NCBI GenBank assembly: GCA_963667465.2
Contig: CAXXDN010000002.1
Location: forward strand, 512,001 to 576,000
Reading direction: 5' to 3'
DNA: 64,000 nucleotides
Source of the DNA: Dehalococcoidia bacterium
GTDB taxonomy: Bacteria > Chloroflexota > Dehalococcoidia > UBA2979
The notes beneath the pieces were generated by a model. That model did no database searches. It was not told the DNA's origin and saw only the letters and a program-made list of their open reading frames with translations. Positions 40,468-50,696 of this stretch are shown here, piece by piece (positions within the stretch are counted from its first letter, which is position 1; the number at the start of each line of letters is the position of its first letter). Made by a program: the position numbers and the translations under genes.

Positions 40468-41745
40468 CTACCCCGCGGCCGCCTCGTCCACCGGCGGGTG
40501 GTGGGTGACGCGGACGCGGCGGATGCGGCGGCCGTGGATGGACAGCACCTCGAGGTCCAGGCTGTGCTCCACGCTGCTCACGTGGTCTCCCGGCACGGCG
40601 AGGCGGCCGAGCAGCGAGAACACGAAGCCTCCAACCGTGTCGAAGTCCTCGTTGTGGATCTCGGCGCCGAACAGCTCGTTGAGGTCGTCGATCGCGAAGC
40701 GTGCGTCGACGATCGCCTCGTCCTCGGAGATCACCTCGACCTCGACCTCCTCGGTGTCGTACTCGTCGGCGATCTCGCCGACGATCTCTTCGAGCACGTC
40801 CTCGACGGTCACGAGGCCGGCAGTGCCGCCGTACTCATCGACGACGATCGCGACGTGCGTCTGGTCGCGGCGCAGGTCCGCGAGGAGCTCGTCGGTGCGT
40901 TTCGTCTCCGGTACGAAGTAGGGGGGACGCGCGATCAGGCGCAGGTTCGGCGAAGCGACGCCGCGCTGCAGGCGGGCGAGCAGGTCCTTGGCGTAGAGCA
41001 CGCCGATGATGCGGTCGATGTTCTCCTCGTAGAGGGGGATGCGGCTGAACCCGGACGAGTCCACCACTTTCATCACGTCGCCGATCGAAGCCTCGGTGGA
41101 GACGGCGACGATGTCGATGCGGGGCGACATAATCTCTCGCGCCGTCTGGCGTGACATCGCGAGGATGCCGCGCATCATGCGCCGCTCCTCGGTGAGCGTC
41201 TCAGCCCCGTCGCCGTTGGCCGGCGCCTCGAGAACGGCGAGCAGTTCGGCTGCGGGGTCGTCGGGGACTTCGGTGCGGCGGCCGGCGAGGCGGAGCAGCC
41301 CGCGGGCGGGCGTGCTCATCAGCCAGGCGAACGGCGCGAGCAGGGACGCGAGGAAGGCGATCACGCGCGCCAGGCGGTAACCGACGCCCTCCGGGCTGGC
41401 GAGCGCGATGGCGCGCGCGTTCTGGCGCAGTGCGGCGATCACGATGAGCGCGATCAGGCCGGCGGTAGCCGCCTCCAGCACGCCCGGTTCGTCGCCGATC
41501 AGCAGCAGGGCGATCCCGAGGCTGAGCGTGACCGTCGCCAGCGTCACGCCGGCGCCGAGCGCGCTCAGGATCTGCTGACGCTGCTTGATGTAGCTGTCGA
41601 AGAGGCCCGCCACGCCGTTCTCGGCGCGGATGCGGGTGCGGCGGCGGGTGATTGCGGCCACCCCCGCCTCGGCGGCCGAGATCAGCACGAGCAGCACGCC
41701 CGCCGCGATCATCACCACCAGAGCCAGAACTGTCAGGGTATCCAA
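40468..41745 (-). CDS. Hemolysin/CNNM family protein (TM region, CBS pair, CorC domain)
   Basis: REIMSPRIDI, GFSRIPLYEENIDRIIGVLYAKDL, VDEYGGTAGLVTVEDVLEEIVGEI.DE, DTVGG; start uncertain (TTG 41745). Confidence 0.92.
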   Translation of the reverse strand: MDTLTVLALVVMIAAGVLLVLISAAEAGVAAITRRRTRIRAENGVAGLFDSYIKQRQQILSALGAGVTLATVTLSLGIALLLIGDEPGVLEAATAGLIALIVIAALRQNARAIALASPEGVGYRLARVIAFLASLLAPFAWLMSTPARGLLRLAGRRTEVPDDPAAELLAVLEAPANGDGAETLTEERRMMRGILAMSRQTAREIMSPRIDIVAVSTEASIGDVMKVVDSSGFSRIPLYEENIDRIIGVLYAKDLLARLQRGVASPNLRLIARPPYFVPETKRTDELLADLRRDQTHVAIVVDEYGGTAGLVTVEDVLEEIVGEIADEYDTEEVEVEVISEDEAIVDARFAIDDLNELFGAEIHNEDFDTVGGFVFSLLGRLAVPGDHVSSVEHSLDLEVLSIHGRRIRRVRVTHHPPVDEAAAG

Positions 41746-41770
41746 ACCTGTACGAGCCGAAGGCGGCCCG

Positions 41771-43156
41771 CTACTGCTCCTCTCCCGCTTCGCCCGAGGC
41801 CTTCCGGATGCGCGCCGGCGCGCCGATCGCGGAGGCGCCCGGGGGCACGTCACGCGTGACCACCGAGCCGACTCCCGTGCGCGCGCCCGCGCCGATCCTG
41901 AGCGGCGCCACCAGCATCGAATCGCTGCCGATGAACGCGCCGTCTCCGATTACGGTGCGGTGCTTCCCGGCGCCATCGTAGTTCGCCGTGACTGTGCCCG
42001 CTCCGATGTTCACAGCCTCGCCCACGTCCGCGTCGCCGACGTAGGAGAAGTGCCCGACGCGGCTGCCCGCGCCGATCCGCGAGGCCTTCACCTCGGCGTA
42101 GTTGCCGAGCCGCGCGCCCGCCTCGATGGTCGAGCCGGGGCGGATGTGACAGTAGGGGCCGACGTGTACGTCGTCGGCGAGCGTGGCGCCCTCGAGGGTG
42201 GAGCCGCCGATGCTGCAGCGCTCGCCGATGCGCGTATCGCGCAGCACGGCGTTGGGCCCGATCCGGCAGTCACGACCCACCGCCGTCGCGCCCAGCAGGT
42301 GCACGCCGGGCAGCAGCGTCGTGTCCTCGCCGACCTCGACGCCGGCGTCGACCCATGTCGCGGAGGGGTCGATGATCGTCACGCCGCCGGCCAGCAGCGC
42401 CTCGCGCACGCGGGCGCGCAGCGCCGCCTCGGCGGCCGCGAGCTGCGAGCGGGTGTTGACCTGCTGCGCCTCGCTCGCGTCGCCCAGCGGGCAGGCGAGC
42501 ACGGTGCGCCCGGCGGCGATCGCCGCGCGCACCGCGTCGGGCAGGTAGACCTCGCCGCCGGGCGAGGGCGCCAGCGAGGCCAGCGCCGGCCACAGCCAGG
42601 CGGCCTCGGCGGTGTAGACGCCGACGTTGATCTCGCGGATCGCGCGCGTGGCCTCGTCGGCCTCGCGCTCCTCGACGATCGCCGCGACGGAACCGCCGGA
42701 GCGCACGATACGTCCATACCCTGAGGGGTCCTCGACCTCGACGGTGAGGAGGCTGAGCGTGGCCTGTGCGTCCAGGTGTGCGTTCGCGAGGGCGGCGAGG
42801 CTGCCCGAGGTGAGCAGCGGCAGGTCGCCGTGCGCGATCAGCACGCGGCTCGCTTCACCGACCGCCTCGGCGGCGGACAGGGCGGCGTCGGCGGTGCCGC
42901 GCGGCTCGCGCTGGACGGCGATGAGGGCGCCCGCCTCGCGGGCGGCTAGCGCGACCTCGTCGTCCGCGTCCGCGACGACGACCACGGTGCGGTCGCAGCC
43001 GGCGCCGGCGAGGGCGTCCAGCAGCAGGAGCAGCATCGGGCGGCCGGCGACCTCGTGCAGCGCCTTGGGGCGGCGCGAGCGCATGCGAACGCCGCGCCCG
43101 GCGGCGAGCACGACGGCGGTCCAGCCGCGCAGCGGCGCCGATCCGCCGGAACTCAT
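41771..43156 (-). CDS. glmU: Bifunctional UDP-GlcNAc pyrophosphorylase / GlcN-1-P acetyltransferase
   Basis: LAAGRGVRM.S..PKALH, GTADA, GYGRIVR, EINVGVY, HFSYVGDA, NIGAGTVTANYDG..KH. Confidence 0.96.
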   Translation of the reverse strand: MSSGGSAPLRGWTAVVLAAGRGVRMRSRRPKALHEVAGRPMLLLLLDALAGAGCDRTVVVVADADDEVALAAREAGALIAVQREPRGTADAALSAAEAVGEASRVLIAHGDLPLLTSGSLAALANAHLDAQATLSLLTVEVEDPSGYGRIVRSGGSVAAIVEEREADEATRAIREINVGVYTAEAAWLWPALASLAPSPGGEVYLPDAVRAAIAAGRTVLACPLGDASEAQQVNTRSQLAAAEAALRARVREALLAGGVTIIDPSATWVDAGVEVGEDTTLLPGVHLLGATAVGRDCRIGPNAVLRDTRIGERCSIGGSTLEGATLADDVHVGPYCHIRPGSTIEAGARLGNYAEVKASRIGAGSRVGHFSYVGDADVGEAVNIGAGTVTANYDGAGKHRTVIGDGAFIGSDSMLVAPLRIGAGARTGVGSVVTRDVPPGASAIGAPARIRKASGEAGEEQ

Positions 43157-43384
43157 GCGGAGTGGGACGAGGGAGGTTTGTCGCTGTCGGCGCTGGTTTC
43201 GATCGTGGTGCTCCACGGTCACGCGCCTGCCCCGCCTTGTGCGGGAGCGGCTGCGAAAATTGACCCGTCACTCGCGCCCATTCTACACTCGCATGCGGCC
43301 CTGTCTCTACCGGAGCGGCCCGATCGCTGGCCCGGAGACTGCGCCGCAGGGGCGTGGCAGTGATCGATCGGCAGTGACCATAGC

Positions 43385-46066
43385 GTGATCGTCGAAGAGC
43401 TGCGCGCCGCGTTCCTCGCCTACTTCGAGGCGCGCGCCCACCGCCGCATTCCGTCCGCCTCGCTCGTCCCCTACGGCGACCCCTCGCTGCTCTTCACGTC
43501 GGCGGGGATGGTGCAGTTCAAGCCCTACTTCCTCGGCCTGGAAACGCCGCCCGCGAGGCGCCTGACGTCCGTCCAGAAGTGCTTCCGCGCCACCGACATC
43601 GAGTCCGTCGGCGACGACTCGCACCTCACCTTCTTCGAGATGCTCGGCAACTTCTCGCTGGGCGACTATTTCAAGGCCGAGGCGATCGAGGCGGCGCTCG
43701 GCTTCCTGATCGGCGTCCTGGAACTCGACGTCGATCGGCTCTGGGTGACCGTCTACACCGACGACGATGAGGCGTTCGAGCTGTGGCGCGGCCAGGGCGT
43801 GCCAGCCGAGCGGATCCTGCGCTACAGCGCCGAGCTGGGGAACTACTGGTACTCCGGGGACACCGGGCCGTGCGGCCCCTGCTCCGAGCTGCACTACTAC
43901 TTCGGCGACGACCCGGCCTCCGAGCCGCGCCTGCCGGACGGGCAGATCGACCTCGAATCGCCCAACTTCCTCGAGATCTGGAACCTGGTCTTCATGGCCT
44001 TCGAACGCGCGGCCGACGGCTCGCTGACGCCGCTGCCCTCGCAGAACATCGACACCGGGGCAGGGCTGGAGCGGCTCGCCTGGGTGCTGCAGAAGGTCGG
44101 CTCCGTCTACGAGACCGACCAGCTGCGCTCGGTCCTCGCGAGCGCCGAGGCCGCCGCCGGTATCGCCTACGACCCGGACGGCGCGCCCGGGCAGGCGCGC
44201 GCGCTGCGCGCCATCACCGAGCACGCCCGGGCCGCCGCGTTCCTGATCCACGACGGGGTGTTGCCGGGCAACGAGGGCCGCGGCTACGTGCTGCGCCGCG
44301 TGCTGCGTCGCGCGATCTACTTCGGCTACACGATCGGCCTGCGCGAACCGTTCATCGAGGGCGTGATCGAGGCCGCAATCGACGCCTCGAAGGCCGCGCA
44401 CACCGGCCTCGACGAGCAGCGCGCGTTCATCATCCGCGTCGCCGCCGACGAGGAGCGCCGCTTCCAGGCGGCGCTCTCGCGAGGCATCGAGCTGCTCGAG
44501 GGCGTGATCGAGCGCGAGGCCGCGGCGCAGCACATCCCCGGCCGCGACGTGTTCACGCTCTACGACACGCACGGCCTCCCACCCGAGCTGACGCGCGAGC
44601 TCGCCTCGGCCCGCGGCTACGCCGTCGATGAGGAAGGCTTCGAGGCGGAGATGGCCGCACAGCGCGAGCGCTCGCGCGGTGAAACGGGGTTCAGCGACTT
44701 CGGTGGTGACGAGGCAGAGCGCTTCGCCGCCCTCGGCCTCCACAGCGCCTTCCTCGGCTACGAGGCGCTCGAGGCGCAGTCGACCGTCGCGGCGCTGTTC
44801 GCGGACGGCGAGCGCGTCGAACGCCTCGAGGCAGGCGCCGCGGGCGACGTGGTGCTGGAGGCGACGGCGTTCTACGCCGAGGCTGGCGGGCAGGTTGGCG
44901 ATCACGGCGAGATCATCACCACGGGAGGGCGCTTCCGCGTCGACGACACGCAGCCCCTCGGCGGCGTGCACGTGCACCGTGGCGAGGTCGTCGAGGGCGC
45001 CCTCGCGGAGGGCGAGCCCGCCGAGGCGCGGGTCGATCCGGCCTGGCGCGCCGGGAGCCGCCGCAATCACACCGCCACGCACCTGCTGCACGCGGCGCTG
45101 CGCGAGGTGCTCGGGCAGCACGTACGGCAAGCCGGCTCGCTCGTCGCGCCGGACCACCTGCGCTTCGACTACACCCACCCCCAGGCGCCGTCCGCCAGCG
45201 AGCTCCGCGAGGCGCAGCGACTGGTCAACGCGAGGATCCGCGACGACATCGCGCAGGAGACGTTCATCCTCCCCTACGAGGAGGCGATCGACCGCGGCGC
45301 GATCGCGTTCTTCGAGGACCGCTACACGGCGGAGGTGCGCATGGTCGAGTACTGCGAGGCGCGCGCCGCCCCGGGCGGCGCGGCGCACACGCACACGCCC
45401 GCCTGCTTCAGCCGCGAGCTGTGCGGCGGCACGCATCTGCACTCCACCGGGGGCGTCGGCAACTTCGTGATCAGCGGCGACTCCTCGATCGGCGCGGGCC
45501 TGCGCCGCATCGAGGCGCTGACCGGCCCCGAGGCGGAGCGCTACATCGAGGAGCGCCTGGAGCTGGTGGACGACCTCTCGCAGCGCTTCAAGGCGCCGCC
45601 CGCCGAGATCGCCGGGCGTATCGACGCCCTCGAGGAGCAGCTTGCCGAGGAGCGCCGCCGCGCCCGCGCGCAGTCCGCGGACCGCGCCGCCGGGCTCGCC
45701 GAGGAGTTGGTAGACCAGGCGGAGCAACTGGGCGGCGTACGGCTCCTCGTCGCCGTCGTCGAGGCGGACTCGGCCGACGCGCTGCGCGGCATGGCCGACC
45801 GCATGCGCGCGCGCATGGACAGCGCCTTCGTGACGCTGGGCGCGGTGATCAACGAGCGCCCGCAGCTGCTCGCGCTCGCCACCGATGACGTCGTCGAGCG
45901 GGGACTCCGCGCCGACGACGTCGTGAAGGCCGCGGCTGCGGTCGTGGGCGGCGGCGGGGGCGGCAGGCCCGGACTCGCGCAGGCCGGCGGGCGTGACGCG
46001 AGCCGCCTCGCCGAGGCGCTCGAGGCCGCGCGTCTGTTGGCTCGCGAGCGCCTGGGCGAGGCGTAG
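43385..46066 (+). CDS. alaS: Alanine--tRNA ligase
   Basis: LLFTSAGMVQFKP, HLTFFEMLGNFS.GDYFK, GPCGPCSE, IDTGAGLER, NHTATHLLH, ELCGGTH, GGGGGR...AQAG. Confidence 0.98.
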   Translation: MIVEELRAAFLAYFEARAHRRIPSASLVPYGDPSLLFTSAGMVQFKPYFLGLETPPARRLTSVQKCFRATDIESVGDDSHLTFFEMLGNFSLGDYFKAEAIEAALGFLIGVLELDVDRLWVTVYTDDDEAFELWRGQGVPAERILRYSAELGNYWYSGDTGPCGPCSELHYYFGDDPASEPRLPDGQIDLESPNFLEIWNLVFMAFERAADGSLTPLPSQNIDTGAGLERLAWVLQKVGSVYETDQLRSVLASAEAAAGIAYDPDGAPGQARALRAITEHARAAAFLIHDGVLPGNEGRGYVLRRVLRRAIYFGYTIGLREPFIEGVIEAAIDASKAAHTGLDEQRAFIIRVAADEERRFQAALSRGIELLEGVIEREAAAQHIPGRDVFTLYDTHGLPPELTRELASARGYAVDEEGFEAEMAAQRERSRGETGFSDFGGDEAERFAALGLHSAFLGYEALEAQSTVAALFADGERVERLEAGAAGDVVLEATAFYAEAGGQVGDHGEIITTGGRFRVDDTQPLGGVHVHRGEVVEGALAEGEPAEARVDPAWRAGSRRNHTATHLLHAALREVLGQHVRQAGSLVAPDHLRFDYTHPQAPSASELREAQRLVNARIRDDIAQETFILPYEEAIDRGAIAFFEDRYTAEVRMVEYCEARAAPGGAAHTHTPACFSRELCGGTHLHSTGGVGNFVISGDSSIGAGLRRIEALTGPEAERYIEERLELVDDLSQRFKAPPAEIAGRIDALEEQLAEERRRARAQSADRAAGLAEELVDQAEQLGGVRLLVAVVEADSADALRGMADRMRARMDSAFVTLGAVINERPQLLALATDDVVERGLRADDVVKAAAAVVGGGGGGRPGLAQAGGRDASRLAEALEAARLLARERLGEA

Positions 46067-46068
46067 CC

Positions 46069-47817
46069 GTGTCCGGGGAGCAGCCCCGCTCGATTATGGA
46101 TCAGGCCCGGACCGTCCTGTTGCGCGCCTGGGATGAACTGACTACAGCTCTCGAGGATCTTGCCGCTCGCGTCGGGGCACAGCGCCGCCGCGCGGCGGCC
46201 AAACGCCGCGCCGCCAGGGAGGAAGCCGCCGCGACCCGTGCGGCCGGGGAGCGAGACGCGCCGCGCCGCCTGCGCGGTCCGCGCCTGCCCGGTGCGGCCA
46301 CCGTCGTCGCCGCGCGCGAGGACGACGCCCGCGCGATCATCGGCCGCATCGCTGCGGCGAGCGAGGTGGAGCTGCTGCTCGTCGTGCCGCGCCGCAGCCA
46401 TGCGCTGCGCAACGCGGTGGAGTGGCTGCGCATCGCCGCCTACGTGCAGCAGCGCGGGATCCAGGTGCGGGTGCTCGCGAGCCGCGGGGATGTCCGCCAG
46501 CATGCCGCGGACGCCGGCCTGCCCGCCGCGCGCACCGTTCGGGCCTTGCGCCCCCGGCGTGCGCTGCGCATCCCCTTCGGCAGCCGAGACTTCTTGCTCC
46601 GCGCCCCGTCGCTTGGCCCGTTCGTGCGAGCGGCGCTGCTGGCGGGCGTGGTCTTCCTGATCGGCCTCGCGGCCTGCACCTACATCCCGTCCGCCTCGAT
46701 CCTGGTCTCGCCGCCGGTGGAGACGCTGTCGGTGACGACCCGCGTGCGCCTGAGCCCGCTCGGTGAGACCGACCTCGGGCTCGGCGTGATCGCCGTCGAT
46801 TCCGTGCAGGCGGAAGTGACCTTCGTGGTCTCCGCCGCCTCAACCGGGCTCGCGACCGTGGGCGACAAGCACGCGCGCGCCGGACTCACCTTCACGAACA
46901 ACGGCGACGCCGACCTCGTGCTGCCGATTGGCACGCCGGTCGAGTCCGCGAGCGGAGTGACATTCACCACCGACCGATCGGTCTCGATCGCACCGGGCTC
47001 CAGCTCCGTTGTCGGTGCGACCGCGATCGAGCCGGGGACCGCCGGCAACGCTCCCGCGGACAGCCTGACGCAGCTGACCGGGTTCCCGCCGACCCTCACG
47101 GTCACGAACATTGCCGCCGGGGGTGGTACGGACATCGAGGTCTCCGTCGTCAGCCCGGACGACGTGATCACGGTCGCCAACCTCGCCGACGCCGCGCTGC
47201 GCCGCGCGGGCGAGCGCGAGTTGCAGCGCTCCGTCACGGACGGGACGGTCTTCCCGGAGACGATCTCCGCGGTGATCCTCGGCCAGACCCCGCTGGACGA
47301 GGTCGGGGCCCCAACCGATGTCTTCTCGATGGAGTACAGCGCCGTCGCGAACGCGTTCGTGCTGACTGACGAGGCTGCCCAGCGCGTCGCGCAGCAGCTG
47401 CTGCAGAGCAGACTGCCCGACGGCATGGCGCTGCTGCCCGATACCGCCGAGGCGACGATCGATGAGGTCCACTCTTTCGATGGCAGCCGCCTCACGATCG
47501 ACCTGACCGCGACCGGCTGGGGCAGCCCGCTGTTCGACCCGGCCTCGCTGCGCGGCCAGCTCACGAACGTCTCGCCCGCCGTCGCCGCGCAGCGGCTGCG
47601 CGAGGAGCTGGAGCTCTCACGCGATCCGCACATCACCGTGCATCCGGGGTGGATCCCGGGCCTGCGCATGCCTCGCCGCTCGGATCGCATCTCGATCACG
47701 CTTGTCAGCCCGGAGGCGCTTGCCGCTGCTATCGCAGGTGACCCGCTGGAGGACGAGGAGGACGGGCCCGAGGACGCCGAAGATGCGGAGAGCGCGGGCG
47801 CCGATGAGGGCTCCTGA
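46069..47817 (+). CDS. Membrane protein with a baseplate J/gp47-like domain
   Basis: N-terminal alpha/beta domain, one TM helix, then LTFTN...LPIGTPV...FTTD.SV...ATAIEPGTAGNAPAD...VTN.AAGGGTD. Confidence 0.65.
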   Translation: MSGEQPRSIMDQARTVLLRAWDELTTALEDLAARVGAQRRRAAAKRRAAREEAAATRAAGERDAPRRLRGPRLPGAATVVAAREDDARAIIGRIAAASEVELLLVVPRRSHALRNAVEWLRIAAYVQQRGIQVRVLASRGDVRQHAADAGLPAARTVRALRPRRALRIPFGSRDFLLRAPSLGPFVRAALLAGVVFLIGLAACTYIPSASILVSPPVETLSVTTRVRLSPLGETDLGLGVIAVDSVQAEVTFVVSAASTGLATVGDKHARAGLTFTNNGDADLVLPIGTPVESASGVTFTTDRSVSIAPGSSSVVGATAIEPGTAGNAPADSLTQLTGFPPTLTVTNIAAGGGTDIEVSVVSPDDVITVANLADAALRRAGERELQRSVTDGTVFPETISAVILGQTPLDEVGAPTDVFSMEYSAVANAFVLTDEAAQRVAQQLLQSRLPDGMALLPDTAEATIDEVHSFDGSRLTIDLTATGWGSPLFDPASLRGQLTNVSPAVAAQRLREELELSRDPHITVHPGWIPGLRMPRRSDRISITLVSPEALAAAIAGDPLEDEEDGPEDAEDAESAGADEGS

Positions 47818-47830
47818 TGAGGCGCGCCCC

Positions 47831-48250
47831 ATGAGGTGGCTGGGCATCGACCCGGGGGAGGTGCGCATCGGCATCGCCGCGTGCGACCCTGACGAGCGCA
47901 TCGCCGTGCCGCTCGAGGTCGTCCCCGCCGCGGCTGCCTTTCCGGCGATCCGCAGCATCGCGCAGCGCGAGGAGATCGGCGGCATCGTCGTCGGGCTGCC
48001 GCGCCTGCTCGGCGGCGAGGAAGGCGCGGCCGCCGCCGCCGCACGCGTCCTCGGGGAGCGGCTGCGGAGCCGCCTCGACCTTCCGGTCGAGTACGAGGAC
48101 GAGCGCCTGACCTCGGTCGCCGCCGAGCGGTCGGCGCCCCGCAACCGGGCGAGCGACGATCTCGCCGCCGCGCTGCTGTTGCAGCAGTTCATCGATCGAC
48201 GGCGGCGCCTGCGCAAGAGCGCGCGGATGGACGACGCCGGTGATCCGTAA
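47831..48250 (+). CDS. ruvX: Holliday junction resolvase-like / pre-16S rRNA nuclease YqgF
   Basis: LGIDPGEVRIGIA, IVVGLP, DERLTS, DDLAAALLLQ. Confidence 0.93.
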   Translation: MRWLGIDPGEVRIGIAACDPDERIAVPLEVVPAAAAFPAIRSIAQREEIGGIVVGLPRLLGGEEGAAAAAARVLGERLRSRLDLPVEYEDERLTSVAAERSAPRNRASDDLAAALLLQQFIDRRRRLRKSARMDDAGDP

Positions 48251-49340
48251 ATTCGACCCGATCCTGATCGTGAGCGTGTTGTTGCTGGTCTGGGTCGCCC
48301 TCGTGGTCTCCGTGCTGGTCGCCACGTTGACCGACACGCAGTCGCGGACGGTCGGCGCCATGGCCGCGAGTGTCCCGCCGCCACGGGACTCCGCGGGCGC
48401 CCGGACCGCCGAGGCCGAGCCGATCACCGTGACCGTGGAGCCCGGCGACGGCGTGGACGCGATCGCCGCCCGCCTCATCCGGAGCGGCGTCCTCCAGGGC
48501 GAGGAACGCTTCCGTGTGCTGGTGCAACTGATCGGCGTCGGCGCCGAACTCCGCGCCGACAGCTACAGCTTCGCGCCGAACACCCCGGCAGCCGAGATCA
48601 TCCGCCAGCTGCGCGAGGGCGTCCCGCGAGAGCGCTTCTTCGTGGTGCACGAGGGAATGCGCGTCGAGGAAATCGGCCAGGCGGTCGTCGCCCTCGATCT
48701 GGCGACGCAGGAGGAGTGGGATCTCGCGGTCACCATGCGGCGCACGGAGCCGATCCTCCGTGACCGTCCATTCGACGCCACGCTCAACGGCTACCTCTTC
48801 CCCGCGACCTATCCGATCGACAAGGAGACCACGGCAGAGAGCCTCGTCGCGGCGATGATCGAGGCGCTCGACGAGGCGCTCGACCGGGTGCTGCGTGGCC
48901 GCATCGCGCTCTCGGACTTCACGCTGCACGAGGTGCTGACGCTCGCCTCGATCGTCGAGCGCGAGACGCTGCTGCGGGCGGAGATGCCGCTGGTCGCCTC
49001 CGTCTTCCTCAACCGTATCGAGGTAGGCGTGAAGCTCGACGCCGACCCGACCGTGCAGTACGCGATCACCACCCAGAGCAGCGGGGAGCCGGGCGACGGC
49101 TGGTGGAAGGTCGCCCTGACCCTCGACGATCTTGCCTTCCAGTCGCCGTACAACACCTACCTCGTGGCGGGCCTGCCGCCCGGGCCGATTGCCAGCCCCG
49201 GCCTGGCCGCCATCGAGGCGGTGCTGAGCCCGGCGGACACGGACTACTTCTACTTCGTGGCGCGTGGCGACGGCTCCCACGCCTTTGCCGAGACGCTCGC
49301 CGAGCACAACGAGAACGTCGCCGAGTACCTCGGCCAGTGA
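48240..49340 (+). CDS. mltG: Endolytic transglycosylase MltG
   Basis: GYLFPATY, LASIVERE, VASVFLNR, DPTVQYA, SPYNTY...GLPPGPIASPG, YFYFV. Confidence 0.95.
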   Translation: MIRKFDPILIVSVLLLVWVALVVSVLVATLTDTQSRTVGAMAASVPPPRDSAGARTAEAEPITVTVEPGDGVDAIAARLIRSGVLQGEERFRVLVQLIGVGAELRADSYSFAPNTPAAEIIRQLREGVPRERFFVVHEGMRVEEIGQAVVALDLATQEEWDLAVTMRRTEPILRDRPFDATLNGYLFPATYPIDKETTAESLVAAMIEALDEALDRVLRGRIALSDFTLHEVLTLASIVERETLLRAEMPLVASVFLNRIEVGVKLDADPTVQYAITTQSSGEPGDGWWKVALTLDDLAFQSPYNTYLVAGLPPGPIASPGLAAIEAVLSPADTDYFYFVARGDGSHAFAETLAEHNENVAEYLGQ

Positions 49341-49379
49341 CGCCGCCGCCGATGCGCGGCGAGGACGTATGATCGAGGC

Positions 49380-50696
49380 ATGAGCGCGCCCGAGCACCGC
49401 CACGTCCTGCCCGCTGACATGATCTCCGTCGAGGAGGCGCGCGCGAGGATCCTCGCGCACTTCGCGCCCCTCGAGGCGGTTTCCGCGCCGCTGCTCGAGA
49501 CGCTCGGCCAGGTGCTGGCGGAGGACGTGCGTGGCGGCTTCGACATCCCGCCGCTCGCCAACACCTCGATGGATGGCTACGCCGTCCGCGCCGCGGACAC
49601 CACGGGCGCCGCGCCCGCCAGCCCGCGTCGGCTGCGCGTCAGCGGCTACCTCGCGGCGGGCTCCGTCTACGACGGCTCGGTCGGCCCCGGCGAGGCCGTG
49701 CGCATCATGACCGGCGCGCCGCTCCCCGACGGCGCCGACGCGATCGTCCCCTTCGAGGAGACCGACGAGGAGGAGCAGCACACCCGCTGGGAGGATGCCC
49801 CCCGCGGCGACGTCCGGATCGACGTCGCCGCGGCGCCCGGCGCGAACGTGCGCCCGGCCGGCGAGGACGTGCGCGCCGGCGAGCTGGTACTGGCGGCGGG
49901 GACGATCCTCGGACCAGCGCAGATCGGCGTGCTCGCCTCGCTCGGCCTCGATCAGGTCACGGTGATCCGCCGTCCGCGCGTCGCCGTGCTCTCGACGGGC
50001 GACGAGCTGCTGCGGCCGGGGGAGCCGCTGCGGCCGGGCGCGATCTACGACGCCAACGGCTTCTCGCTCGCCTCGATGGTGCGCGAGCTGGGCGCGGAGC
50101 CGCTCGTGCTGGACATTGCCGGCGACACTGTCGAGGCGCTGACGGCGCGCGTCCGCGAGGGCGTCGCGGACGCCGACCTGCTGGTGACCTCGGCCGGCGT
50201 CTCGCGCGGTGACTTCGACGTGGTCAAGCAGGTGCTCGCCCGCGAGGGCGAGGTCGGCTTCTGGACGGTGCGGATGCGGCCCGGCAAGCCGCTCGCCTTC
50301 GGAACCTTCAGCGCGGGCGAGGGCGAGCGCGAGCGCGTGGTGCCGCACCTCGGGCTGCCGGGCAACCCGGTCTCCGCGATGATGACCTTCGAGCTGTTCG
50401 GGCGGGCGGCCGTGTTCACGATGCTCGGTAAGCCGCAGGCCTGGGAGCGCCCTCGGGTGCGCGCGATCGCCGCGGAGCGCATCGCGCGGCCGGACGAGCG
50501 CCGCTTCTACGCCCGCGCCATCGTCGAGCGGCGCGACGGTCGCTACCACGCACGGCTGACGGGCCCGCAGGGCTCCGGCGTGCTCACCTCGTTCGCCCTC
50601 GCCAACGGCATCGCCGTCGTGCTTGAGGATGCACCGCCGGTGGAGCCGGGCGACGAGGTCGAGGTGCTGCTGATCGAGCGCGTCCCGGAGCGATGA
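49380..50696 (+). CDS. moeA: Molybdopterin molybdenumtransferase
   Basis: SMDGYAV, RIMTGAP.P.GADA, STGDEL, GVSRGDFD, MRPGKPL, GLPGNPVS, QGSG. Confidence 0.96.
   Translation: MSAPEHRHVLPADMISVEEARARILAHFAPLEAVSAPLLETLGQVLAEDVRGGFDIPPLANTSMDGYAVRAADTTGAAPASPRRLRVSGYLAAGSVYDGSVGPGEAVRIMTGAPLPDGADAIVPFEETDEEEQHTRWEDAPRGDVRIDVAAAPGANVRPAGEDVRAGELVLAAGTILGPAQIGVLASLGLDQVTVIRRPRVAVLSTGDELLRPGEPLRPGAIYDANGFSLASMVRELGAEPLVLDIAGDTVEALTARVREGVADADLLVTSAGVSRGDFDVVKQVLAREGEVGFWTVRMRPGKPLAFGTFSAGEGERERVVPHLGLPGNPVSAMMTFELFGRAAVFTMLGKPQAWERPRVRAIAAERIARPDERRFYARAIVERRDGRYHARLTGPQGSGVLTSFALANGIAVVLEDAPPVEPGDEVEVLLIERVPER

Noticed and set aside
43157-43384. T-box or tRNA in the glmU-alaS divergent region
   Set aside because: No T-box consensus, terminator or cloverleaf; only -10-like hexamers on both strands.
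46069-47817. Prophage, tailocin or contractile injection system
   Set aside because: No sheath, tube, spike or other phage genes nearby; the gene has a TM helix and sits in a core operon.
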